Below, piece after piece: positions 10,283-21,905 of a stretch of 43,602 nt of DNA. Origin of the DNA: Schmidtea nova. Its lineage: Eukaryota. The notes beneath the pieces were generated by a model that made no database searches, was not told the origin of the DNA, and was given only the letters and a program-made list of their open reading frames with translations. Position numbers and translations under genes: made by a program. The first letter of the stretch is position 1. The number at the start of each line of letters is the position of its first letter. The DNA lies in contig CM097882.1 in NCBI GenBank assembly GCA_044892505.1, positions 449,562,001 to 449,605,602 of the forward strand, read 5' to 3'.

Positions 10283-12240
10283 GATCCTTGACTTTTCTTC
10301 CTTGGTTTCTTAATGTCTTTTTTAACACTGGGTACAAATCATACTTTTTAATCTTGATAACCCATCTGCATTCGAATGTTCTTCACCTTTTCGATATTTT
10401 AGTTCAAATTCATATTCAGACAGGTTAACTTACCATATTTGAAACTGCGGACTGATTGGTGTTTTTCTAGTGTGCATGAAAACCAATACTTTGTGGTCAG
10501 TGCGAATTAAGAATTTTTTTCTCTTAAAGATCTTCTCTAAAATGTATGTCATACTCATGTACAGCGAGCAATTCTTTCCTGGTTACACAGTAACTCTTTT
10601 CATTTGATGTCATATGTCTCGAACCATAAGATATAAAAGATTCTTCTCCATCTTCTTTAAATTGGATCAAAACGTCACCCATAGCTCTAAAGCTAGCGTC
10701 TGTGTCTAAGATAAATTTCCTAACTTCTCTTGGATAATCAAGGATAGGCGCCTTGCACAACCGTTTCTTAGTGTTTGGAAACTCTCATTGCATTCTTTAA
10801 TTCAAATTATGTTTTATCGCATCCAGATGTTGTGCATATAATGGTTCTGCTATTCTGGCATAGTCTTTATTGAATCTTTTATAGTAGTTTGTTGATCCGA
10901 GAAACGATCTTATTTTCTTCGATCATTTTGGTATTTCTGCTTTCTCGATCTCTTCAACTTTCCTTCTGTTTGTTTGGATACCCTTCTTATTAACTATGTG
11001 CCCAAGGAAACACAATTCTGTTTAATTGAATTCGCATTTCTCTGGATTTATCTTTAGTCGTGCCATTTAAATTTTTCTAAATATTTCCCCAAGTAGCTCA
11101 TCGCGATCTTTATGACTTTTTCCATATATCAAAATATAATCTAGATAAATTACTACTGCTTTGAATAGTATTCCTTCTAGTACTGTGTGCATCAGTCTGT
11201 GGAATGTAACAGGTGCTGTTGCTTAGCTAAACGGTAATCTATTAAAGCAAAATTGTCCTTTTCTTGTACTAAATGCAGTCATTTCTTGAATTTCTGGGGC
11301 CAACTCTACTTGTTAGTACGCCTGACCTAAATCAATTAACGAAAATATTTTTGTATTCGCGAGACAGTCTAGTAAGAATTTGATATTAGGCATCGGAAAT
11401 AATTTCTTTTTTGTTTTGGAATTCAATTGACGATAGTCTACACACATACTGATGTATCCACGTTTCTTCCCTACTATCACTAACAGCGTATTTGAAGGAC
11501 TCTTGCAGCACCAAATAACATTTGCTTTCAATAATGCTTTTATCAGCTCTTCAATACTTTTCTCTATGAGCCTTGGTTGACGACGAGGATGTTGCATTAT
11601 TGGGCCCCGTGTTATCCCCATCTCATGTCGAACTAAAGTTTTAAATCCCAGATCAAATTTCGACGCCATAAGAATTCCGCCGTATTTTCTGGTTATTCCT
11701 TCAATGTCTTAACTATTCTCACCTGTCATTGTTATCAGTGTTTTATTTATTTTTTCTTCATCAGTGTGGTATTTGTTTGTAAATGAAGTTTCTATATAAT
11801 TGATTTTCACTAACCTTACTACAAACTCTTTCATTTTATCAATACCCTATGAATTCAGGCTTGATCTCTTTTACAATACTACTTTGATAATTTGGTCTTC
11901 TGATTCCATGTGGCCGGTATAGTCATACAACTCATTGCGTCTTCATCTCCAGTTGAAAACACGCCGTATAATAATATAGTACTACGTTGAAGGTCTGGTT
12001 TGCCTATTCTCTCTCTCACAAATTCTTGCTCATGACTGTTACTGACACTCCAGAGTCCCATATCATATCTACTTCTGTATTATTCAACATTATTTTACTC
12101 CAACATCTTCCATCTTTTGTCTGATAAATCTTTTCTTCTGCCTTGTCTCTTCGTCGTTCATTTCTTCTTACACAATTGTCCACCTTTGGTTCCGTTTTCA
12201 GATCCGTAGTTTCAATTCTTTAATTCATTTTTGATAATTT
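8600..12240 (-). mobile_element. Degraded Ty3/Gypsy internal region (protease, RT, RNase H, integrase)
   Basis: MIWDSGVSVTVMS (~12050); MCVDYRQLN..FSLIDLGQAY; FILDTDAS..YCVTRKELLAV; integrase remnants 9400-9980. Many stops and frameshifts; no matched LTR pair. Confidence 0.9.
10206..10280. repeat. (TA)n microsatellite inside pol
   Basis: Pure TA run. Confidence 0.95.
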
Positions 12241-13145
12241 TCCTGAATGGAGATTATATGAATCAGAGCGTTACAACAGAAAATAAAAACAAAACTTGAA
12301 AATATTTATAATCATAAAAATTTATGTTTCAACTGTTGGTGAACCACTTGATGTTTCTAGCAACTTATGGAATTTCTAGGGTAATTTGTCGTGGTCACCT
12401 TCATAAATACAATCCAAACAAGTGTGTACCCATGAGATCTCTTTATTCTCATGTTGGTTATACACACCTCGGCGTAAATCAAGTTGGTAGGTGAACGAAC
12501 TTGAACGTTCCTACTCCCAGCTTGAGTTTACTACGGGTTCCACTTGGTCGATAGAAGACCACTTTTTATTCTTTTACTTCTCGGTCTCTCATTATTGAGA
12601 AAGTCTGTCTTCAAAAGCTGCTTGGTCTACAGCTCCTTTAAATTACTAATATGCGGGACGAGAAAATATTTTATTAGTTCTACTGTAACCTAGTCACTGA
12701 AGTATACTAAGATGTATTTAATATTTATGTTAGAAAATGGACGAACCATAAAAATTTTGAAATTAAAACATTACAAAATAGGGGGTAATAGGTTCAGAAT
12801 AAACATCAACATACAAGAATAATACAAGATTCCAGCAATCCAGTCTACCCATCAACAATTATTTGTGATATAGATTAACTTAAATACTTTAACAATTATT
12901 TGAATTTATCTTTATTTATCTTTTTTTTATATGACTAATTATTTGAATGTATATGATGATCCTTTATGTGAATTTGACAATTTATTTTATTTTTGTTTGG
13001 TTATTTTATAATATTGTGATTTTAATTATTAATTTTTGCATCTTTATTTTAATTTTCAACGGTATAAACATGACAACGATTTAATTGAAAAAAAGGTTAT
13101 CCCGAGTCAGAACTCCCCCCATACAAATATATATATATATATATA

Positions 13146-13250
13146 TTGGTGGGTTGTTGACCGTCAATGACCTTGACGTTGCTATGACTCACATCAACAA
13201 TTCAACACATAAAACATTAGAATAACCATTTGTTGCCCATCACAATGTAA
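13146..13250 (+). repeat. ~100-bp dispersed repeat, copy 2
   Basis: Diverged copy of 8052-8152. Confidence 0.7.
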
Positions 13251-13520
13251 TTTCTGCTCCCATTATTCGAAAGAATTCATCACATATTGTTTTTGACATG
13301 TATGATGTGTTTCCAGAACCACAGTTTCCATACTTCAGTATATATGCTGTTCAATAATAATTTTGTATAAAATAATTTTGCATTTGATAAAAGCATATAT
13401 TATAATAGGTAATAGTAAAAATTTAATCAGAATTATTAAAATATTCTCTATTCCCAGCATCCCTGAGGTTAAAAAGGTATTAGTCTATATCTGCTTGATA
13501 CTTATACATCATTAATATTA

Positions 13521-13724
13521 TTAATTTTCTGATAATTTGTTTATATCTATCTGTTTTTTTATTATTTTTTTTGTTTTAATTGATGTAGAATTTTTTAATA
13601 ATTTTGTTTAAATATTTATTATTAAATATTTAATCAGAATTATTAAAAAATTCTACGTCAATTAAAACAAAAAAAATAAATAATAAACAAACATATGGAC
13701 ATAAACAAATTATCAGAAAATTAA
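13521..13724. repeat. ~200-bp AT-rich imperfect palindrome (foldback/MITE-like)
   Basis: TTAATTTTCTGATAATTTGTTTAT...TTGATGTAGAATTTTTTAATAATT is mirrored by AATTATTAAAAAATTCTACGTCAA...ATAAACAAATTATCAGAAAATTAA; centre ~13620. Confidence 0.85.
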
Positions 13725-13867
13725 TGTTATATCTATGGATAGTTAATTAAATTAAATAAATAAATTACCACAATTCAAAAATCTATTTATATATAAATAA
13801 TATTAAAACAAATTATATAATTCATAATACTAAAACAAGTTTTAATATTATTAATTCACATATAACA
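13725..13867 (-). repeat. 3' LTR (143 bp)
   Basis: TGTTATAT...ATATAACA terminal inverted repeat; purine-rich AGACAGGGGAA precedes it on the - strand, right after the integrase stop. Confidence 0.85.
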
Positions 13868-13877
13868 TTCCCCTGTC

Positions 13878-14885
13878 TTATTCAGCTCTCAACTCTAAAT
13901 CGTCGTATAATCGCGGCTTCACATTTCTATTGTGTCTTTTCGGGTATCTTCCTGTGGTCTCTTTATTCTCTCCCGTCGACGTTGCTTCGTTAACTTCTTC
14001 CAATCTCTCCGATTCTTTTGTTCTTGGCCATATACTTGTTCCCCAACTGTCCGTCTCTATCTTTGCTATTTCTGATCTTTCTGGGATAATCTTAATCTGG
14101 TTATAATTACGCTGTATTATCTTCCCATCAGCCTCTCTTCTTAATTTAAAAGTCCAATCATTTACTTTCTTCAGTATTTCATATGGGCCGCAGTATTTCT
14201 CCCCGAATCCTTGTTTCTGCATTACTTTTACCAATGCCGAATCTCCTTTTTTGACGTCCGTATTCCATTTATTTCGATTGTAAATCTTTTCGTTATATAC
14301 TCTCGCTTTATCAGTTCTCTTTTTTACTTCCTCTTCTATGTTCGTTAACTCTGTTCTCAGTTTTCTCATGAATTCTTCGTAGTCTTGTGGTCCTGTTATG
14401 TCGTTTGTTTCTTCTCTTACTTTTGGTGTTCTGCCGAACAATAATTCTATCGGTTTATATCCAGTACTTTTATGGACTGTGTTCCTTACTCCATATTCTA
14501 CCGTGTGTACTGTTGAATCCCATTCCTTCGTCTTTCTGTCAAACATGGTCGCTGCCATCATACTTTTTGCTGTTTGGAACATTCTTTCGATTAAGCCGTC
14601 AGATTGTGGGTAGTACGGTGATGTACAGGTTTTCTTTGTTCTTATCAGACTGCACAAATCCTTAAACATATTTGACTCAAAATTCTTTCCCTGATCTGAG
14701 TGAATCCTTTCTGGTATACCGAATTTTGTGATCCATTCTTCCCATATTGCTCTAGCCACTGTTTCTGTCGTAATTTCTATGAGTGGTATTAGACATGAGT
14801 ATTTTGTGAAGTAATCAATTAGTCCCAGAATGTATCTATTTCCTTTTCTTGTCATTGGAAAAGGTCCCGTAATGTCTATTCCCAA
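13878..14885 (-). pseudogene. Integrase core and GPY module
   Basis: GIDITGPFP, IHSDQGKNFES, PQSDGLIER, YCGPYEI. Confidence 0.92.
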
Positions 14886-15083
14886 AATTTCTAAAGGGGT
14901 ACTGCTTATAAAACTCTGTAGTGGTGCTCTTACTCTACCGTTTATATACTTGTTATGTTGACAGGCTATACATCATTTACTCTATCTATAACGTTCTCGT
15001 TGATATTTGACCAGTAGTATCTTTCTTTGACTGCTCTCGTGGTTCTTTCGATGCCTACATGTCCCAATTCCCGATGTAACTCG

Positions 15084-15118
<35 letters not shown>

Positions 15119-16187
15119 CTTACTTCTTCTGGTAGTATTTTCCTAAGTCCTTCTGCTTTCTTAATCATAAGATTTCCTTCGCTGACATACATGAGCTCCG
15201 CTTTTCTCCATAGTTCTAAATGTTTCCGGTTTTGTTCTTTTCTCCCTTGCTGTATCCAATCGATTATTTGCCTAACTTCTGAATCCGTCTTCGTATTTAT
15301 TTGACATATAATTCTTTCTGACTTGTTCTCTCCAGTAGAATTGTTTTCTTCCTCGTAAACCTTTACATTTCATTTCTTTCGTGAGTCCGCGTGTTTCAGT
15401 CGGCATTGTTCGCATGGTGTAATTCTTGACAATGCGTCCGCATTGCAATGGTCTTTCCCTTTTCTAAATTCAACTTTCATGTCATATATTTCTAGTTCTG
15501 CTTTCCATACACAATATTGAGAGTAGTTTGGACTACTCCAATCTAATAACCATTTAAGTTCCTGATGATCTGTTCTTACTGTGAACTTTTTACCTACTAA
15601 ATAATACTTGTATTTTAATACAAATGTGTAAATTGCCAAAAGTTCCTTGCATGTGATACAGTATTTCCTCTGCGTTTTCGTCATAATTTTCGACCCATAA
15701 GCAATAACTCTCTCCTTTCCATCTTGGATTTGAGACAGGATGGCCCCTATTGAATCGTTAGACGCGACTGTGTCTAAAACGTAGTATCCATCTGTAATTG
15801 GTAATGCTAATATTGGCGGTGATAGTAAAGCCTGTCTTAATCTCTCGAACGATCCTTGTTTTTCCTCCGTCCATTTAAATTTGTTTTCTGTTCTAAGCAT
15901 TTTGTTTAAAGGTTCTGTCGTCTTAGCGTAGCCTTTAATGAAGTTTCTGTATTATCCCGTCATCCCTAGAAATGTCCTTAGCTCTTTCTGACACATTGGT
16001 TTCTTATATTCTCTTATCGCTTTGGTTTTGTCTGGGTCCGTCTGTACTCCTTCTTCGTTTATAATGTGTTCCAAATATCTTACCTCGTTTTTAGTAAGTG
16101 GCATTTCTTCGGTGATAATTTTAGTCCTGCTTCTCTCATCTTCAGTAGTACTCTATCTAATCTTTCGTTGTGTTCTTCAATTGTTTT

Positions 16188-17228
16188 TCAGAATATCAGA
16201 ATATCGTCTAAATATATCACACAGTTAGTCCAGTTCTCTCTTCTTAAGACTACGTTCATTATTCTTTGAAATGTTGCTGGTGCGGCACATAATCTGAATG
16301 GCATTCTTGTGAACTCGTATTGGCCGAATCTCGTGCTGAATGCTGTTTTCCTTATATCTTCTTCTGCGATTGGAATTTGATAGTATTCACTGGACATATC
16401 TAATGTGGAAAAGAATTTTGCGTTTCCGATCGTATCAAAGACTTCGTTTGCTGATGGTATTGGAAATATTGCTCTTTCTGTTTTTGCATTTAAAGCTCTG
16501 TAGTCGATGCACATTCTCATGTCCCCATTCTTTTTATTAGTTACCACTATGGGAAAGTCCCATGGTGAATTGCTTTCTCTAATAATTCCAGCTTCTTCCA
16601 ATTCTGTAATGTATCTTCTCACATCTACCTCCAATACCCTTGGTATCCTTCTATGTTTGAATGCTATCGGTGTTGTTTTCCCTGTTTCTATAGTGTGATG
16701 TCCAACATTTGTCTTCCCAATATCCATTTTGTAACTACTGAATACTACTTTGTTCCGCCAAAAAAATTGTGTAATCTTCTGTTTTTCTGTTATTGTTAAT
16801 CTATCGTCTAGCTTGTTTATCAACCCTTTCACAATTCTGTCTATACTTCTCTTTTCTTTGTTTTGGTCGATTGTTGACAACTTTATCAACGTGTTATTTT
16901 TCCCCTTCTTGTCCGTCCATTCGTCCGCTTCTCCCAGTGTTGTTCCTGTATGTAGACTTTTCACTCCTCCTTCCTGCATATTAATTCGGACCCAAACTAA
17001 TCCCTCGGAACATGTTGCTAGTCCATCTGCTACCAGTATACCTCTTTCCTCCATCTTGCTCTTGTTTCCTGTAAATAAACAATTAGTTACGTGTTCCTTT
17101 ATCCTCTCGTTCTCCTTATCTACTATCATCCCTTTGATCCAATAGTCCCCCTCTCCTTTCAGTGTCACATTTTCTACTACCACTACTTTTCTCGTTTCTT
17201 CTTCCGTCCTTTTAACTAGTCTTCCCAC
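16188..17228 (-). pseudogene. Pol N-terminal region and reverse transcriptase
   Basis: SNSPW, MCIDYRALN, FSTLDMSSEYYQ, MPF, VIYLDDILIF. Confidence 0.92.
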
Positions 17229-17264
17229 TCCTGGACGCCTGGGAGTGGCCTTTAACAGTTTAAA
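17225..17264 (-). promoter_or_regulatory. Putative -1 programmed ribosomal frameshift signal
   Basis: T TTA AAC (17264-17258), 9-nt spacer, then stem CCACTCC/GGAGTGG. The zero frame stops two codons later; the -1 frame is the RT ORF. Confidence 0.75.
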
Positions 17265-18169
17265 GACGATGGTATTGATGTCTTAGATAGAAATAGAATT
17301 TGAATACCCTTTACCTCGATACAGTCTTCTGCCGGTTTCATTATTACTCCCAGTTCTTTCATGCATCTGAGTCTGATATTCACATGTAGGAATACCACAT
17401 TCATTATTTCAAATTTGTGTTTTTTCATCCTTGGACCCAAACTCAGTGATAATACTAATTGTTCTAGGTTTTTCCTTTACTTCCATCTGCATACGCTACT
17501 CTAACGTTTGAATCCCTGACTTTTATTGTCGAATCTCGTTGTATTATTTTCCCTGCCATTTCCTCGCTAATGACATTCAAATCTGCCCCAGTATCGAATA
17601 GTGTTTTAACTTCTTCTTCTTGGATTTTGCAACAAATGATTGGTTTTTTGGTTGCCCTTTCCGATCGTCTTTGCGATATTACTGTTGTGGCTTTTTTAAA
17701 TATTTTTTCCCTTTGGTTTGTCGCCTTTACCTCCGATAAACTGTGCCCACTTCTCTTCCATTATTAGCTTACTATTCTTTGTCTTCTTTTCTTTTTATGT
17801 AATGTCTTTCATAATTCGTTCTGATTGGTTGTCTTCTTCGTATTCGCTATCTGAACTTGTCCTTTGTACGGATACTTCTTCTAATTGTCGTACTCTTCTA
17901 TAATCGTCCCTCTTATTTGGGCATTCTCTACTTATGTGTCCCTTTTTATTACAATTAAAACATGTTACCATTTCTCGATATTCTCGGCAATTGCTCGATA
18001 TTTGTCCTGTTTTCTTGCATCGGAAGCATCTTTGGTTCTTCTTTTCTTCGCAGAAACGTGCAATATGACCGGTTTTGCTGCAATTCTAACATTTCACGTG
18101 TTGTCCATTGTGGAATTTTTTTCTGCTTCTATCTTGGTTATTCGGTTTTTTTATATTTTTAATAATTTC

Positions 18170-18722
18170 CTAAAGATGGAGTACAAGGATGATACTGCAT
18201 TTATACATTCATTTGCCGATAATTTATACATATCGAAACTGGATGAAATGCAATCATATTTTATTCTAAATTGTGCAAGTATTTTTAAATCGTTGGAATT
18301 GGTAGATGATACTTACTTCAAATTCAGTTTGAATCCAGATATTAGCGAAATAACCTTTGATAATAACCTAGTAAAAACATTGGGATTATCGAAAGCAGCA
18401 TTTGCTCAAGATGGAAACTTTACTATTGGAATAAATAAACCGAAAATAATTAAACTTCATTAGCAAATGTTCATTTACAGTAATATAGTCAATCCTATAA
18501 TTGTTGGTGATTCATTAGTTCCCATGTTAAAATCGGTATGGATTGAAAAATATGAATAGGATGAGTTTGTACAAATACAAGTTGAAAATCCAATGTATTT
18601 ATCGGTTTCATCATCTTGTATAAACAATATAGAAATAAATATCCGAGATGATAGAGGTAATTTAAAAAACTTTCCAAAAAATTCAAAATCTCATTTGACT
18701 CTACATTTTCGAAAACATAATG
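18170..18722 (+). pseudogene. Minor capsid protein (penton), 5'-truncated, two in-frame stops
   Basis: MFIYSNIVNPIIVGDSLVPMLK...NPMYLSV...INNIEINIRDDRG...LTLHFRK. Confidence 0.8.
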
Positions 18723-19085
18723 AGTATTCCCGATATAATTTCATTGTACAGTAATAGCCAAACTGGTGGCGAATTACCGTATTTTATAGGTAAACAGTAT
18801 TGATCAGGCTGGTTGAAAACTATTGGAAGATTTGCACTTCCACTACTTAAGCGACTGGGTAGTTTTGGAATGAAAACTGCTAGAGATGTTATAATGAAAG
18901 ATCAGAAAATTTTGCCTTCATTGAAAACGAATGCTATGGAGGCTGTATCCAAAGCGATGCCGTAAATTTAAAATATGTTTTCCAAAAATGAACCGGAACC
19001 TGAACCGGTAGGACCAAGACCCAAAAAGGATAGAAAACGTATAAACAAACGAATGAAAGGTCATGGAACTATATTTGAAGAATGA
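18720..19085 (+). pseudogene. Small virion core/membrane-lytic precursor-like protein (~121 codons, 3 internal stops)
   Basis: QTGG, QY*SG, amphipathic WLKTIGRFALPLLKRLG and a K/R-rich tail; its stop overlaps the capsid ATG (ATGA). Confidence 0.7.
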
Positions 19086-20301
19086 TTTGCGGTAAATCTG
19101 AATTATGTATTTTTGATCGACCAAGCCCCCAATCAGTTATTGAATATGGGGTGTTTGAAGATGTTTTTCCAATGAATTCTATTACAGATAGTAGAAATGA
19201 TGTTGAATTTTACATTAATGGATCGGCAACCGAATATTTGGATTTGAACGATACTTTATTATCCGTTACTGTCAAGGTTCTAGATAAAGATAAAAATAAA
19301 TTAGATGATGCGAGTGATGTAGTGCCTAATAATTACCTGTTTCATACTTTTTTCAAAGATGCGATTCTTGGATTTAATAATATAAAAATTGAGGGTGGAA
19401 ACAATACATATGCACACAAGGCCATAATCGAAACTGTTTTAAGTTATACTAGCGATACAAAAGAAACATGTCTTACTCCAATGGGATATGGTTCATCTGA
19501 TGATAGAAAAAGTGGATCAAGAAATCTAAACTTTTCAACATGTGTTCATCATTACAACTCGATTTTATGGATCAACCTAAATACTTACTTCCCTGAGTTA
19601 ATGTACATATTAGATTGAAGAGATCTGATTCTGCATTATCATTGAAATCGGCAACTGGGAAACCAATAATCCAATTAGTAGACGCTAAATTAATGGTTCA
19701 AAGAGTTCGATGTGAATCTTCAGTATTAGACGGTCATCAAATTGGTTTAAATAGTAAACATGCAATTTATCCTCTAAAATCAAAAGAAATCGTATCATTT
19801 GCAATCGGTAAATGGGCATCATCATTTTACAAGGAGCAAATATTTGGAGATAGAAGAATGCCTAATTTCATTCTTGTGGCTTTTCAAACTGAAAATCAAT
19901 ATAACGGATCATACGCTGAATCTGCATCTTCATTCAAACATTTCAATGTGACTTCATTATCGTTATCGAAAAATACCGATTTTCGAGAAACTTATACTCA
20001 AGATTTTGAAAATGATAATTTTAGTGCCACATATATGCAAAGTCTTGTCCGAAATTTAGGATATTTGGATAAAAACTTGAATTGTGGTATAAGTCTGGAT
20101 GAATTTAAAACTAAATATCCATTCTTTACATTTGTTTTGGCTCCCGATTTCGATTTGAATCAAAGTCAAATCCCACAAAACGGTAATTTAAGGCTAGATA
20201 TAAAGTTTGCAAAACCCATTGATGAACCGATTCATGGAATTATATATGGAGTTTTTGAAAATGAAGTACAAATTACTGCCAATCGAACAGTATTGGTTTA
20301 A
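19082..20301 (+). pseudogene. Major capsid protein (double jelly-roll, F54H12.2-like); frameshift ~19510, stop ~19594
   Basis: KSELCIF..P..Q, EFYING..EYLDLN, FMDQPKYLLP*V, FKHFNVTSLSL, GNLRLDIKFAKP. Confidence 0.85.
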
Positions 20302-20357
20302 GCAGAGCTCAAACATTATTAGTTTAAGCAAAACATAAACATTACTAGTTTGAGCAG

Positions 20358-20363
20358 TATAAA
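20358..20363 (+). promoter_or_regulatory. Candidate TATA box of the protease gene
   Basis: TATAAA ~40 nt upstream of ATG 20399; weak evidence in AT-rich DNA. Confidence 0.35.
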
Positions 20364-20398
20364 TGACCAAAGTTATTATCATTATTATAATTATTATC

Positions 20399-20778
20399 AT
20401 GAAGTAAGTTTTTTTTAATTGATTAATTATTTATTTTTAATTAGTTCTATTCAGGTATTACAACAAGGTAAAAAACTATTGGGGAATCAATTTATTGGAG
20501 TATTTCCATTAGATAAAATACCTTATTTGAAAATGAATCAAGCCATCATTGTAAATACTCAGACATCTACTTTGGGTGGTGAACATTGGATTGCAGTTTA
20601 CGTGAAACCAGATCGAATGCGTGCATTTGATCCCTTTGGATATTGTTATCCGAATTTACTTTTTCGAAAACTGCAAACTATTGGTAAACCTATTGTGTAT
20701 AATAGAATTCGGTATCAACATCCATTAACAATCACTTGTGGTGAGCATTGTCTTGCATGGTTGAAATCAATGTTATAA
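20399..20778 (+). CDS. Adenain-like cysteine protease, spliced (20399-20403 + 20445-20778, 112 aa)
   Basis: FIGVFPLD, IVNT, GEHW, FDPFG, Q....TCGEHC. A GTAAGT..TAG intron restores MNSIQVL; AATAAA follows at 20791. Confidence 0.82.
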
Positions 20779-20810
20779 ACAATTAATTTTAATAAATTTT
20801 ATTTGAAAAA

Positions 20811-20915
20811 ATGTCTTGTTATTTTATCGATATTTATGGATATAATGAAATGGGTGGAACAACAATTAAGGAATTATGTATTATGAATGTTAATAATATT
20901 TTCACACCTCAATAT
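20811..20915 (+). pseudogene. Truncated start of a further Polinton ORF, possibly DEDD exonuclease-like
   Basis: MSCYFIDIYGYNEMGGTTIKELCIM, cut off by the tandem repeat. Confidence 0.4.
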
Positions 20916-21137
20916 TTGTGTTAAAAAAATTTGTGTTAAAAAATTTGTGTTAAAAAAATTTGTGTTAAAAAAATTTGTGTTAAAAAAATTTGTGTTAAAA
21001 AAATTTGTGTTAAAAAAATTTGTGTTAAAAAAATTTGTGTTAAAAAAATTTGTATAAAAAATATTTGTGTTAAAAAAATTTGTGTTAAAAAAATTTGTGT
21101 TAAAAAATTTGTGTTAAAAAAATTTGTGTTAAAAAAA
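20915..21137. repeat. 15-bp tandem repeat (AAAAAAATTTGTGTT), ~15 copies, within the Polinton end
   Basis: Seen directly. Confidence 0.95.
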
Positions 21138-21870
21138 ATATTTTGAAAAAAATAATTTGAAAAAAATTTTGGCTCGAAAAAAAATTTGAAAAACAAAATT
21201 TTTGGCTCGAAAAAAAATCTGAAAAAAAATTTTGGCGCGAAAAAAAAATACCCTTCCCCGAGGGGAATGTCTTTGTTCTTTTTTTTCCGCCCACGCGATG
21301 AGTCATAATGTCTTTGTTCCCGGCTCAACACATCTACCTACTTTTAAGAGATTTATTTTTCATTTAATAATTAATTTAATTTTTTTATAGCAATTTCGAT
21401 AATTCTGAAGGCTCAACATTAAACTTTCGGGAAAACAATAAACCAAATTTGTAAAAATTATTTTTTTAATGAAAGACAATCAAGTTTTGCAAGGCTTGGT
21501 TTAAGAAAGAAAAACTAGAAAAAAAGTAAGTTTTATTGGTTAAAATTTAAAAATGTTATTACAATTGGATTCAGCACCATATCGTTCCAAGACAGATTTG
21601 GCCTAATAAAATCAGCACTGGATAATGAATTAGAAAAAGATGGATACAAAAATCTCAAAAATTATAATCAGCCTATCCATCGCTTTTTTCCAAAATGCTG
21701 CAAAAATAGATATCTTTGAAGAATAATGTTATTAATGTAATAAAATAATAAATTTTACTTTAGTTTCTTACTTTATGCGAATATAAATCCTTTTTATGTT
21801 GATAAGTTACTAAAAAAAGTCATATTTAAATGATAAATTTAAGTAAATTTCTTACTTAATACAAAGAAAT

Positions 21871-21905
21871 TTCATGAGTAATCATGAATTCGCACACCAA
21901 CTAGT
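21871..21905 (+). mobile_element. Possible Helitron 3' end
   Basis: Hairpin TTCATGA-GTAA-TCATGAA followed 12 nt later by CTAG|T. Confidence 0.3.

Larger units (their letters stand above)
13725..18170 (-). mobile_element. Ty3/Gypsy element, 5'-truncated and pseudogenised
   Basis: Three gag zinc knuckles (17920-18095), protease LFDTGAD (~17600), RT (YLDD), RNase H (15370-15900), integrase (13878-15080), PPT and 3' LTR. Confidence 0.93.
18170..21342 (+). mobile_element. Maverick/Polinton (adintovirus-like) fragment: morphogenesis module plus right TIR
   Basis: Tandem minor capsid, small basic protein, major capsid and adenain protease genes, a tandem-repeat-rich end, and terminus ...CTACCTACT (AGTAG on the reverse strand). 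Confidence 0.88.

Noticed and set aside
10069-10337. YI-repeat ORFs (also 38641-38850)
   Set aside because: Translations of (TA)n microsatellites.
8148-12275. TGTAACG...CGTTACA as the element's outer ends
   Set aside because: Flanks CACAA and ACAGA do not form a TSD, and TGTAA is part of the dispersed repeat.
8052-13250. The ~100-bp repeats as LTRs of the enclosed Gypsy
   Set aside because: Too diverged, with no TG..CA ends, PBS, PPT or TSD.
17885-18463. 192-aa ORF as one gene
   Set aside because: Chance fusion of antisense Gypsy gag and the Polinton penton.
20936-21331. LTQIF-repeat ORFs
   Set aside because: Translation of the 15-bp tandem repeat.
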